Below are positions 25,291 to 37,478 of a DNA stretch of 64,000 nt, in pieces. The stretch covers positions 18,104,001-18,168,000 of the forward strand of contig CM069169.1 in the NCBI GenBank assembly GCA_035221665.1. Direction: 5' to 3'. This DNA is from Okamejei kenojei. Taxonomy: Eukaryota. The notes beneath the pieces are model-generated. The model was not told the DNA's origin and ran no database searches. It saw nothing but the letters and a program-made list of their open reading frames with translations. The translations under genes were made by a program, and so were the position numbers. Position 1 is the first letter of the stretch, and every line of letters begins with the position of its first letter.

Positions 25291-27659
25291 AAATCTTGGG
25301 GGGTTTGAAGTTAGTGCTTCAGTCTTAAATACTTTCACATTTTTGTGTCATTTTATGCAAGTACCATCACTGAACATCGAGATGTCAATGCAGTTGTGCA
25401 TTTGATGGATATTCCTTTCTTGCATAAAGGAAATAGATTCTCGGCAACTTGTAGGCTTCATGCAAAACAAAGAAACCTGTATCCAAGCCTTCTGCTTATT
25501 TGGAAAGCTGTAATGCGGTGCACAGATTTTGCTCATTTACATTCATCAAATTTGTAATGAGAGCAGAGGGCTTTCTTTGTTTCCTTATGCAATCTGTACA
25601 TCTCAGGCCATTCATTTCTGTTGACACAAGTTTGTGGAGTGTAACTGAATGTTAGCAAACAAATAATACGGGTTGAACAGCAGAAATAATTAATTTGCAG
25701 AATCAAGAATGGTTTGTTTCTCACCGTATCATTTCATTAGTTAAATGCTGATATTGACTTGCTATCCTTCCACAGTTGCTGATTTGATTATGGCTCATGC
25801 AAGGTGGGGAACTTCCAATCGGGGATATCCTGTGGAGCACGTTACACAAAAGTTCAGTTGACTGCTATAATGTTATGAACTGCAAAAGAGAGTTTTCACT
25901 CAGACTGACAATGAAAACCTGGAGCACCTTCCCAGTTAGATTATTTATTTTGAATACATTAATATGAAATTCTGAGAGAGGAAAAAGCACCCCTGCACTT
26001 CAGGACGAGCTGCAAGCAGCAGGTTTTTATCCCCAGACATCTCCGAGATAGCAGCTCCATTTTACATTTTCTACCCTTCAGATATACATTTTCCATCTTA
26101 AAATTTCTGCATAGTTACAACAGAGGTTTTTGTTACTATATGACCATGTTGAGTATATATCTCTCCAAACACTGGGCCCCGAAATGTTCTTATAGCTTAC
26201 AGTTTCAGATAGAAGGGAAATGGTCATGGCTACATTTGAAGTTGGATAAGTGTTTGGAATGAAATGTATCCAATTTTATAGTGCGCAAACATAATTTGGA
26301 TTGAATGGAACCACATTGACTATAATTTGATAGCCTGTGGCTGTGACTATTTTGACCGACAGTTTTTATGAAAGTTCTCAGTGCTATACTATTTTAAATG
26401 TTCTTGTTTCCAAGCTGTAACTCTTTCACTTGCTGGAGCCTCCCAGACTTGTTCTTTCTCCCCCCCCCTCCCCCCTCCCCCCCACCCCCACTTGCTTTGT
26501 TTCCTTCTCCCAGCAGTTGACATCAATGTATTAAAACCTGGCTTTAATAACGTGAAAGGAATCTGGTTTCATGCAAAATGTGAGTGCAATTGTGGAAATC
26601 ACAGCATATCTATGACATGAGTCTATCTAGAAACTTAGTTGGGGCTAGAGCGAATTGCTGGAGCAGCATTTGGAAGAAGTTGTAAAATAAAGAACAGGTA
26701 TTGTCTTCATGTGAAGTAGGACGAGAGGAAGAGGTGATTGTGACTGGGCAAATACTGACACCCAACAGACAGAACAAAGAATCAGGAAAGGAAATAGTAT
26801 GTTATTTTAAGAAGGTTGAAAACAAAGGAGATTTTACTGGAATTATATAGTAACTTGATGTAAAACCCTGAAGTTCTGTGTGCAATCTTGGTTTCCTTAC
26901 CTATGAAACTATAAACTCACCAAAAGGAAAATCCAGCAAAGGTTTACCAGATATTCGAAGGAGGAAGGGGTTGCCAATTGAGTGTGAATAGAGGAGATCT
27001 GTGTGTTCTGGAGTGGAAGAGAAAGAAACTGGGTGAAATTCTTCCAGAGCTCCGCTGGCTGGATAAAAGGACGATATTCCCTGACTGAGCAGTGTAAGCT
27101 TGGGAGTCATGGTCTCAGAATCAGGGCTAGGCAGTTTAGGACTGAAATAAAGAGCAGGTTTTTCCACGGGAAAGATAGTAAATTTGGGAATTCTCTATCC
27201 TGGAGAACAATGTAGGCTCAAACGATTTGTGGATAGTCCTGAAAATGAAACTGTGGTAGAAGATGAATGATCGAGGAGGTTTGAAGAGACAGGTGTCCTA
27301 CTCCTAAGATAGACACAAAGTGCTGGAGTAACTCAGCGGGTCAGGCGGCATCTCTGGAGAAAAAGGATGGCTGACCATTTGATTTGGGGGCCTTCAGATC
27401 TACTCCTACTGTTCTTACTATTGATGTAACCATGCCTTCATTTTGTGGTGTGTTTGTGTGATATCTTCTGCAGTAATCCATGTACTTGTAGCCTGACATT
27501 GTCCCCGCCAATTTCCCATTGCAGATGTATTTGGGAATAATAAAATTGTATAATGGGTTACGGGTACCTATAATGAAAGTGTTACTGTGCGATGATTTAA
27601 AAGTGAACTTCAAACTACAATGTGATTACTTTAGGTAATGGCAAACTTTAATGTTACAG

Positions 27660-27804
27660 GTATTTTGATGGGAACCTGGAGAAACTTTTTGCAGAGTGTC
27701 ATGTAGTTAACCCTTATAGAAAATCTCGAACACGTCAGATGAACACAAGATCATCATCACAAGACATGGTTTGTGCGATCTGCTACCTGAATTATCCTAA
27801 CTCG
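27660..27804 (+). CDS. ARIH1: ARIH1 coding exon 3 (start of RING1)
   Basis: gttacag|[48 protein letters not shown]|gtgagt; 145 nt, phase fits exon 2. Confidence 0.96.
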
Positions 27805-30800
27805 GTGAGTGTGTTATACTGAAGGGCATAAGGCATTCGAAATATGATAAATTTAGCCTCCTTGTGCTGTCTCAATAAGATTCTCATCTTTATCCTGGGC
27901 TTTGCATTAGTGCAACAGTCATTCAACTTACTGAAACTATAGCAGCTTATTGTAGTGTGCAAATTCTTGGTGAATTTTCCTAAGCACCAGGCACAAACTA
28001 TTGATCAGGTCTTGGGCAAGCTACCTCTCAAATGAACATACCTTACTCTTGCTAATCAATGGTAAAGCTTTGAGCCAAAGGATGAGTTTTTCTAATTACA
28101 GAACAATGTGCATAGTACTTTAAGGTCTAATAGACATCACTATGTGCATGTTATTTTTACTTTATATAATGCTATAATGTTATGAACTGCAAGAAATGCC
28201 GATCTCTACAATATTTAATGGTTTAAGCTCTGTTTCTGCGACAGGTGCTGTTCAAAGAACTGTAAGTTCTTTCATCTTGAAAAATTCAAACAACATTCCA
28301 CAGATTCTGTTAAATAATGAGCCTTGTCCCAGTTATATTTCCCAGTAGATTATGGCTCATCGAATTGCTCAGTTGATCCTGATCATCAATTCCTATTCTG
28401 CAGCACTGTGCTCGATACATTCAGCGTGGAAATATGAATTATTGTGAAAGGGAATATTTTGGTAGCACACAGCTGTCCTTCTGATGAGACTATCAGAGCC
28501 CGAGTTTAGCCATTAAATTCTGTTTACAAGCTAATTGAATCTGGATACTTGACGAGACTAATGACATTGTGAAAGATTAATTTGTATCTGGCAAACAACT
28601 GTTAGGCAAAAGGTGTTCTCACTGAATACACTGTCCTGCAAGATGCTTCTGGCTCTCGCCATAACACAGCAGGTCTATTCAGAATATGTTGACTATTTGG
28701 CCACCGACTACTATTTCTAAATAAGTGGGGGTTTTATGTCTATGAAATGTCTTTAAGGTGTAATGTGTCTCGTGTTACTAAGCTCTGGATTTAAACATAC
28801 TGAAATATGTTTATTTGAGACTTCATCAAATAGACCATATCATAACACATTAGCCACCAGGTTGACCCTTTCTGTTAACCATTGGAAAATAGTTTTTTTT
28901 TTTCTTCTTTTGAGGTTTATTTAAAAAATATTGTTTGGGAAGATTTTTCCCAAGCCCCATAATTTTCTTTATACCTTGTTGGTTAGTGTCTAACAACAAC
29001 TCTTACAGACACTAACCTAGTGCTTAAGTCTCAAACCTGATCTGGTGGTCACACTCCCTGTTACTATTATAAGTGAAGTTAAGGCTGTGGCTATATATGG
29101 CTTGCTAGCAGTCATGTAATTGTGATCTCAGAAAGCAAGCAGCTTTTAAACATCCTCTTATTAGATCCGAGATTGAATGAGTTGAAATGCTGTGCATTGC
29201 TAAATATACCCTATGACTGAAACAAACAAAAATGATTTAATGTGTGTCATAAAACAGACGGAGAAGATGATGCAGAGTGTAAGATTGGTAGGAATAGAAG
29301 CAGGAGTGGGCCCTGCAGTCTCACACGCCTGCTTTGCCGTTCAATAAGATCATGGATAGTCTGTTACCCCTGCTCAGTTTTCCTACACTGACCTCGTGCC
29401 CCTGCATTCCTTTAATATTTAAAAATCTATACGTCTCTGCCACATATATACTCTGTCGCTTAACCTCCACAGCCTAAGACCTTACTGTCTTCTGTGTGTA
29501 AAATCTAGATGTCACTTTTGCCCTGAATGGCCAGCCCTCATCTTTACAATTGAGCCAGTGATATTTTTGAATGCTTCAATGAGATAAGGTCTCATTCTTC
29601 TAAACACTCATTCATCAAACATGTCTGTTGTTTGATTTCTCCCCATAAAGCAATTTTGCTGTTCCAGGAATCAATCTTGTGCAGCAGGTCTTTCTTTAGT
29701 TTGGGAGACATGTGCATAATATTCCAGACAGTCGTAGCAGGGCCTATGTAATTGCATGAGGCATCACTGTTTATATATGAGAGACCGACTCACTATTTTC
29801 CTTTATATTTGATTGCTGAATTTGTGTCTTAACTTTATGATTAATGTAAAAGAACATGCAGTCTCTTTGAACACCAACGCTTTCGAATTTCCATTCAAAA
29901 AATGCTCCAACTTTCTATTGAAGTGGATAATCTCACAATTTTCAGCACTATCTTTCATCTGCGGCGTGCTAGCACCTTCTCCTAGCATCGATATCCAACT
30001 GATGTCCCACTGGATCACTCACAACCCAAATTGCCACCTCGGTTTTGCATCATAAGCAGAGATATAATCCATGATTATCATTAACATCATTGATATAACC
30101 TATGGGCATATGAGACACATTTATTGATTTGATTTATGTGCAGCTTTCCAGAGTGAAAACATTGTGTTGAACCCTGCTGTTTTTGGTTGGTTAACTAATA
30201 CCCAACCATTCTAGAATCTTGTCTCCAATGCTGTGAGCTGTTCCTTTCCTTGTGTGGCATCTTATGAAATCTTTCTGAAAGTTCAAGCGGACCATATTAA
30301 GTAGATGGGAAAAACGATTGGAGTGGTGAGCCAAAGGGCCCGTCTCTGTGCTGTACAACTCTGACTATATCATTTATCCTTTCACCCATTCTGCTAGTTA
30401 CTACAGCAAAATGAATTCTTAACAATCTTGTCAAAAATTAATTTGTTTCAATGTTTTGAAAATCAAAAGCCCGCAGATGCTGGGAATCTGAAATAAAACA
30501 AAATGTTGGAATTACTCAGCAGATCAGGCAGCAACTGTGGTAAGAAACAGTTAATATTTCAGCTGAGCAAGTAAGTTTGTTTTAAGTTGCAAAGAAGATG
30601 TGGGAGTAATGCACAGGACAAATGAAATATCTCTGTTTGGATGAGACTAATGCTATATGATTCCTCAGTTAATGAGCTGCTGGTTAATAGTCCAATGAGG
30701 GAAGTTAGAGAGAAAGCAAACAAACGAGCATGTAAAACCGGTGAAATGTAGGCCAGAGGTGTTTGGAGTCCTGAAACCGAAGGGGAAATGCTAGTAATGG

Positions 30801-31310
30801 CAGGCAGATCAGTTAGTGCCTGTGAACCCGAGTTAATATTACAGATATCTATAGGGTTGTACATTACAAAAACAGGACTTTTGATGGCTCATTGTGTCTA
30901 TGCCAACCATTGACTGGCCAGTGCTAACACAGAGAGAAAAGGCAGATCAATATTTGTGGATGGCCTGCCTATTCCCTGCAAGTACAGGAATCTGGAGCAA
31001 AACAAGGAACTCAGCAGGTCGAGCAGCATGTGTGAGGCGGGGGAAGGAATTGTTGATGTTTAGCGGAGTGAGTCTCATTAGTACTATCTCCAATGTTACG
31101 ATATCCTTTTAGGTCAGACCAAAACTCGGTGAAATTCCAGGTGAGGCTTCATAAACACCCATTACAATTGCAGCAACCCCTTTGTGATGAAGACCAAAAT
31201 GCCGTTTGTCCTTGTAACTATTTGTTGTACCTTCCTGCTGTCTTTTAGATGTATACACTCAAGCATCTAGACCACTCAAAACACACCTAGCACTTCTCTG
31301 TATTAAATTC

Positions 31311-32045
31311 CACAATCAATCACAATCACAATAATACTTTATTTGCCTAGTATGTTTTGCAACATGTGAGGAATTGCATTTGCCAAGTCAGTCATACAAA
31401 TAGAAAGCAATGGCACGCACAAAACACATTTTAACATAAACATCCACCACAATGACTCCTCCACATTCCTCTCTGTGATTCAAGGCGAAAAAAAGTTAAA
31501 TCTCTTCCCTTTGCTCTCCCGCGGTCACGGGCCTCGAGCCCTCCGTTGACAGGATGATCTTGACTCCCGTAGCCGGCGTCGGGTCCACCGCGTTCAGGCG
31601 ATCTGCTCCTGCATAGAGGGGATGTCAGCTCCCCCGCGCCGGACGATCGAACCTCACGTCTGGGCTGCTTGAACCTTCCGCGAGATTGGAGCTCCTGACA
31701 TCCACGGTCTATCCCGAGACTGCGAGCTCCTGATATAAAGGCCGCTGGCCTCGGTTGGAGCAGATCCCAGGCAAGGGATCGACTCCGATGTAAGTCCATG
31801 CCACGCGGTGGGGCCAAAGGTCAGTCCAAGGAGGCCTCCAACTCCATTGATGGTAGGCCGCGCAGCGACCGGAGAATGCGATCCGAAATTAATCGCATCT
31901 CCGGCCAGGTAAGAAACTGAAAAAAAAGTTTCCCTCCCCTCCACATAAAACAAACCAGAGAACATTTACACACACTTTTAACACACTAAAAATAAAAAAA
32001 AAGACAAAAAACAAACAGACTGTTGGCGGGGCTGCCAATCGTACA
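31311..32045 (-). mobile_element. CpG-rich non-coding retroposon with LINE-type 3' tail
   Basis: Reverse strand ends ...AATTCCTCACATGTTGCAAAACATACTAGGCAAATAAAGTATTA(TTGTGA)n; body GC/CpG-rich with no credible ORF; inserted in decayed CR1 sequence. Confidence 0.6.
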
Positions 32046-35000
32046 ACATTCCTCGTATCACCTGCACAACTGATCAAGATTCTGCTTGTCTTTCTAATGA
32101 CTATTGTACTGGTACCCTTGTCTCATCCTTAGATTTGTTATGGGGCTCTTACTCCTTTGAGACTCGCTTGCAGCTGCAGAGAACAATATCCTGAACATTC
32201 AGTCATACCCATTTGCTTTATAAATGGAAATGTTCAGGTTGGGTGCCGCTGTAGGGGGTAAAAAAAGATAATACTGGAAACCATCAGCAGGTCAGCAGCA
32301 TCTGTGGATATCGAAACAGTTAATTCTTCAGGTCCTCTAGACCCTCCACTGGCCTCCCATGTGGCTGCATGTGAGGGCCGGCTTGGACAATGGTGTTCAC
32401 AATGAGCATGGCCCATGTGCTGACGGGCAGTCTCTGCTTGGCTGCACAGCGTTCCCCAGCCTGGGGTTTTGTCTATAACAAGCCAAATGGCCAGCAACCC
32501 ATGTGTTGTTTCCAGAGAAGGTGGGGAGAGAAAGTATTTATGCCAAGTTCTTTGCATCGCAATGCATTTCCCTGTATATGATGCTGTAATGACTCTATGT
32601 AGCACTAATTCCATTAACGTTCTTGTTCCTGTGAATGCATATGTGAGTGCAAATGTAGGTCATGTCTATTTATTTTCGTGTCATTAATTTATATTATGAA
32701 CACTGATGCATTGAGATAAAGACCATACTAGTTTAGGTTTCTATCAGCTTTTCCTATTCTGACCAATTGGATTGGCATTTCTAATATATATTCATGCATT
32801 GTCCTTTCTGGGTTAATTCTAGTTTTAATTACCTATTTGTAATCCAACACTATCATCTGGTCCCTTTTTAAATAGCTAAATTTTCCCCATCATTTTTTTC
32901 CACTGCCTATTTGGTTTAAAGTCTTATTTTCAGGCATAGTTTTATGTTTCACTCAGTCTTATTTTTCCAGTACTCCTGTTCCAAGAATTGAAACCCATTT
33001 CTTCATCGTCCCACTTTGAACCACAATTCGCTGATCTTATTGATTCTTTTGCCAATTTGATTTTCTAGATCATAGGTAGTAATCTAGAAACTGTTGCAGA
33101 GATTTACAAGGATGTTGCCAGGACTGGATGACTGGAGAGTTGAGCAAGCGAGGACTTTGTTCCTTTTAGGATGACGGGTGATCTTATAGAGGTGTCTAGG
33201 GTCATGAGAGGAAAAGATTTAATAAGAATCTGAGGGGCAACTTTTTTTACATAAAGGGTGGTAGGTATAATGGAACAAACTGTTGGAGGAGGTAGTTGAG
33301 GCAGGTACTATCACAAAAATTGGACGTGCATGGATAGGATAGATTTATTGAAATATGGACCAAAAGCAGGCGAGGGACTAGTTGGGGCATGTTGATCGGT
33401 GCGGGCAAGTTAAACCAAAGGGCCTCTCTAAATTGTCTAAAGAGTTTAAATTGGTGTGGCTTTGCTTTTCAATTTGGGCCCAGTTGCTTGGTATTTCAAA
33501 GTCAAACTCAAAAGAGTTTGTCATGTGTCCCTGACAGGACAATGAAATTATTTCTTTGCTTAGCACAACAGAACATAGTAGGCATTGACTACCAAACAGA
33601 TCAGCATGTCCATATACCATTATATACGTAAATACACACATGAATTAATAAATTGATAAAGTGCAAATAACAGATAAAGGGAAGATAAACAGATCAATAG
33701 AACTTCCCTTTTCTCCGTTTCCCCCCCCCCCCCCCCCCACCCCTAATCAACCAATATGACTAGATCTTTCCTTCCCACTCCAAGTTCCTGTACAAGCCTG
33801 AAGAAATGTTGTTAACCCTGGTGAGGTGACCTCGCTCGCAGCTGCAGAGAACAATATCTGTCCCGCACATTGCCCCTATTATCAACATGTTCCTTTTCTC
33901 TCTCCCAATTTTAATAGCTCCTTATATTTGCTCATTCTCTTTGCAATCATTTCTCTCATCTACAAAGGCTACAAGAATGTAATACCTGTTGGACATCTAC
34001 ATGGGTTGCACTCAAAGTAGGAAATGCTTGTAACCCTCGGCAGATCAGGTAGCATCTGTTGAAAGAGAAATAGAAGACCCTTTTGTCAGAAATTCAATTT
34101 GAAATCTTAACTCTGTTTGCCTTTCTACTGATGCTGTCTGAGTATTGCAAACTGTTTTTATTTCAGACTCTCATCATCTGCAGTGTTTTGATTTTCATTG
34201 TGTGTTGAGACTCCTACAGTGTTAACTTCTGTATCCCTGTAGATGTCTCTTTCATATACGCAGCATTTTGTCTCATTTCACTAATTGATTTTACACTACT
34301 TAATCAAAGGGGTGTAAATAGTTTCTGAAACAGTTTAGAGGTGGTTTGTGCCTAGTAGTTCTGAATCTTGAACTCCAGATCTTCAACTCTGAGCTAAATT
34401 TCCTGGAGCAGCTGATGTTTTCTGGACCCATGGACCTTGATCGTTTCCACCATTCTTATTCACTACTGCAGCAACACAACATATGCTCTGTATTGCTTGC
34501 CTTCCATTGATATTGTTTAATTATGTTGCCATCACCTAACTTCACCAAAATCTACTCTCCATGGACTCTGCCTGCTGTGCTTTTAGCTGGGACTGGCTAA
34601 AGCGTTTGTAAGTAGACCCTTTGTTTCAATGTTTCATGCTTTTCCATTAGATTTTCTTTCAATAGATAGGCGGGTTCTTCAACATTATATATAATTATTA
34701 GAAAGCATAATATCCCTATCCACGTGATTATTCTTTGTTTGTTGTATCTGGATTTTTATCTGGCTGGGCCCTTGCATTCTGGCAACATCTTTACAGTTCT
34801 TCATCAGAATAAATAATTTGCTGAATAGCATTGGATTTGTATAAGTAGTGGTGCACACTTTATTGGGCTGAGTATAATGTGCAAATAAATCATATCGTTT
34901 AGTTGATAGATGTTATAGTCATGATATTTAGTCATTTACAATATTATGCAAATTCAGAATAGTTGCGGTTAAAGCATTGACAACATGGAAACAAGTCTCG

Positions 35001-36566
35001 TGTTCTCTCATTAGAAAGAAGAAAGTGGGGGGTCTGGAAGCAGCACTAAGATCAATAACTCGGTATCAGATGGCCAGGTAGGGTGGAGACTGTTAAGCTC
35101 TGCATAGTGTATGATGTGGCACATTGTATTGGAAAATACCGATTTGGTTCTTTTTCAATAACTCAATATTGTGGCCAATGTTGATTGGAATTAATTTGGC
35201 CCCTGGTGCTTCTGACTTTCATCTGCACCTTGTGTGGTTAACTGCACATTTGTATTCTCATTTCAAAGAAACAGTTAAAATATTGATATGTCATTATAAT
35301 TGAATCAGTAATTGATGAATTTTCCATAAATGTGCCATCCCTAGTATAGTGTAGTTCTTGGTTTGAGATTACTGTTTTGTCTACTGAAAATCCATCCATC
35401 CATTCACTAAATCTGTCTCAAATACAGGCACGAGACATTCTATTGAATAAATGAGTACTGCTGATGCAGCAGAAATCCTTTACATCAGCACTAATATTTA
35501 GCTGTCTGTGATGAAATGTTCCCAGATGTACACTTTGAGTCCCTACACTGTAAAACTTTTTGAACTGCAGCAATCACTGAACTGGACATCAAACAGTTTT
35601 TTGGGCTGATTTTTAGTTTAATACACTAACCAAGTGTTTGTCCCCATGGATGGATTAGATTGCTGAAGTTTTTTTTTAAAAGAATGGGAACTTGATCAAT
35701 GATCTGCATAACTTCATGAGCTTCATCTTGTTTGTCACGGTGAAGGTCGTAGTTACTAGAGGGTACCTGATCAAGGAGCTCCAATGAATATTATAAGATT
35801 GTGTTTGCAGAGGGATCTAAATAAAAGATCCCAAGTAATATGCAGATTTTTTTTCAACACATTTTTGCAACATAATGTAACTTTCAGGTTATTTAGTTTT
35901 GAGTTGATCTGCATGGCAATTATGTTTGTAGTTCCTTTGGTTTATTGATGTCCAAACTAGCAGTAATCCCTCAATCGAAAATATAAATTGTGGTTCATCT
36001 CATTGCTGTTAATAGGACTTTGCTTTGTAAAATAGGCTGCTACGCTATTTCTTAAAATGTTATTTTTCAAAATAAATGTACTTTAGTGAAGCATTATACA
36101 ATATCTTGGAGGCATAAATAACTCTAAAACTAAATATTTATATGCAGGGAAAATATAAAGCTTTAAAGAAGGAACTGCAGAAAGCTGACTGTTTTCACCC
36201 ATAGGTATGAAATCATGAAGGGTCCTCGCCTACCTGTTCAATTAGTACCACCTTTCTGTGTTGTCTGACGGTGCAGCCACCTTCCAACAACAGTGTCTCC
36301 GGTTTCTGTGATCAAAGGAAGCCAATCACAGTACTGGTTCACTAAACACTGAATGCCAATATCCCAATTGAATTGACCCTCATGCTTGATTCCATTAAGG
36401 ATCACATTTCCAGGGACCTTCTAGTTATGTAGATAGTTGTAACAAAATGGTTGAAACAAGGAGTGGTAAGAGATCACAAGTTGTTAACTCCAGGTGTTCT
36501 TTTGGTTAAATGCATCTGCACTAACTCCAACACTAGATCTTCAGTAAGAGAAGGTAAGAAAGACTA

Positions 36567-36970
36567 CATTAAAACTCTCGTAATCCGACACTGTGGACTT
36601 TGATGTTGCTGGATTAGCAAATCTTCTGATCTGTTGAATGTTGCTTCCATTAATACCCTAATATATTTTATTTAACTGATTCACATGTTATACATTAGTA
36701 TAATATTTCAATTGATCAAATTGACATGGGTAGCTGGGCCCCGTGGGTTTAAAAGGAGGGGTAATTAAATCTGGTGAATCCCATTTGTAAATTTAACCTT
36801 CTGTGTTTTTGCTTGTAACGGCAATCTGAAGCATTAAGGCACTCCAGCTCCTAACCACGACCCTGCTTGCATTCTGGGCTCCACATCATGCTCGCCCTGT
36901 CTAATGCGCTAGTCAGTGCCCAACCATGGGGATTTCCACACAATCATTCGGGATTATTAGAGTTTTACTG
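36567..36970. mobile_element. pogo/Tigger-type MITE
   Basis: TA|CATTAAAACTCTCGTAATCCGA ... TCGGGATTATTAGAGTTTTACTG|TA, imperfect 22-bp TIRs with TA TSD. Confidence 0.65.
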
Positions 36971-37478
36971 TATTCCATAAACAATGACTATGCTCAAAAA
37001 TGGACAATTTACCTTTCTTCTTCGGGTGCTTCACACATTATCTGAAATAGCTCACTCAGAGTTAGTGATCATCAGGAGGAGAGACAGGAACTTTCTGCTT
37101 GGGTCTGGATAGAGGTAAGCAATGGTTCTCAGCTGTATATTGGTTTTAACAGTAAAGTAGAATGGAATTATAATAACGATATGTGCACTTTCAGAGATCA
37201 GATAGCAATTGGTGTTAAGGCATGGCTTTTGCCCACAAGCTTACATAGTGGATAAATACTTGGGGAAAGGTGACACATGGGAGGCTGCCGGATAGAACTA
37301 TTTTGAGTTGGCCTGAGAATGTCACGATGTCCTGGCTGTGAGGTTGTGTTCTATCTATACTGGTATATTGTGGTACAATAATACTACTGTCATAGGTTTA
37401 GCCAAATTAAACTTGGACAAAATAACTATCTTGATTGTTACCAATTTTGATGCATTAATGTTATTATAAGCTGTGTTA

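Noticed and set aside
27625-27659. TTAG|GTAATG just upstream of exon 3, resembling a recursive splice site
   Set aside because: No pyrimidine tract, and the remaining 25-nt intron would be too short to splice
31903-31913. Reverse strand CTTACCTGGC resembling the U1 snRNA 5' end
   Set aside because: Similarity stops after about 10 nt; it is simply the complement of a consensus splice donor
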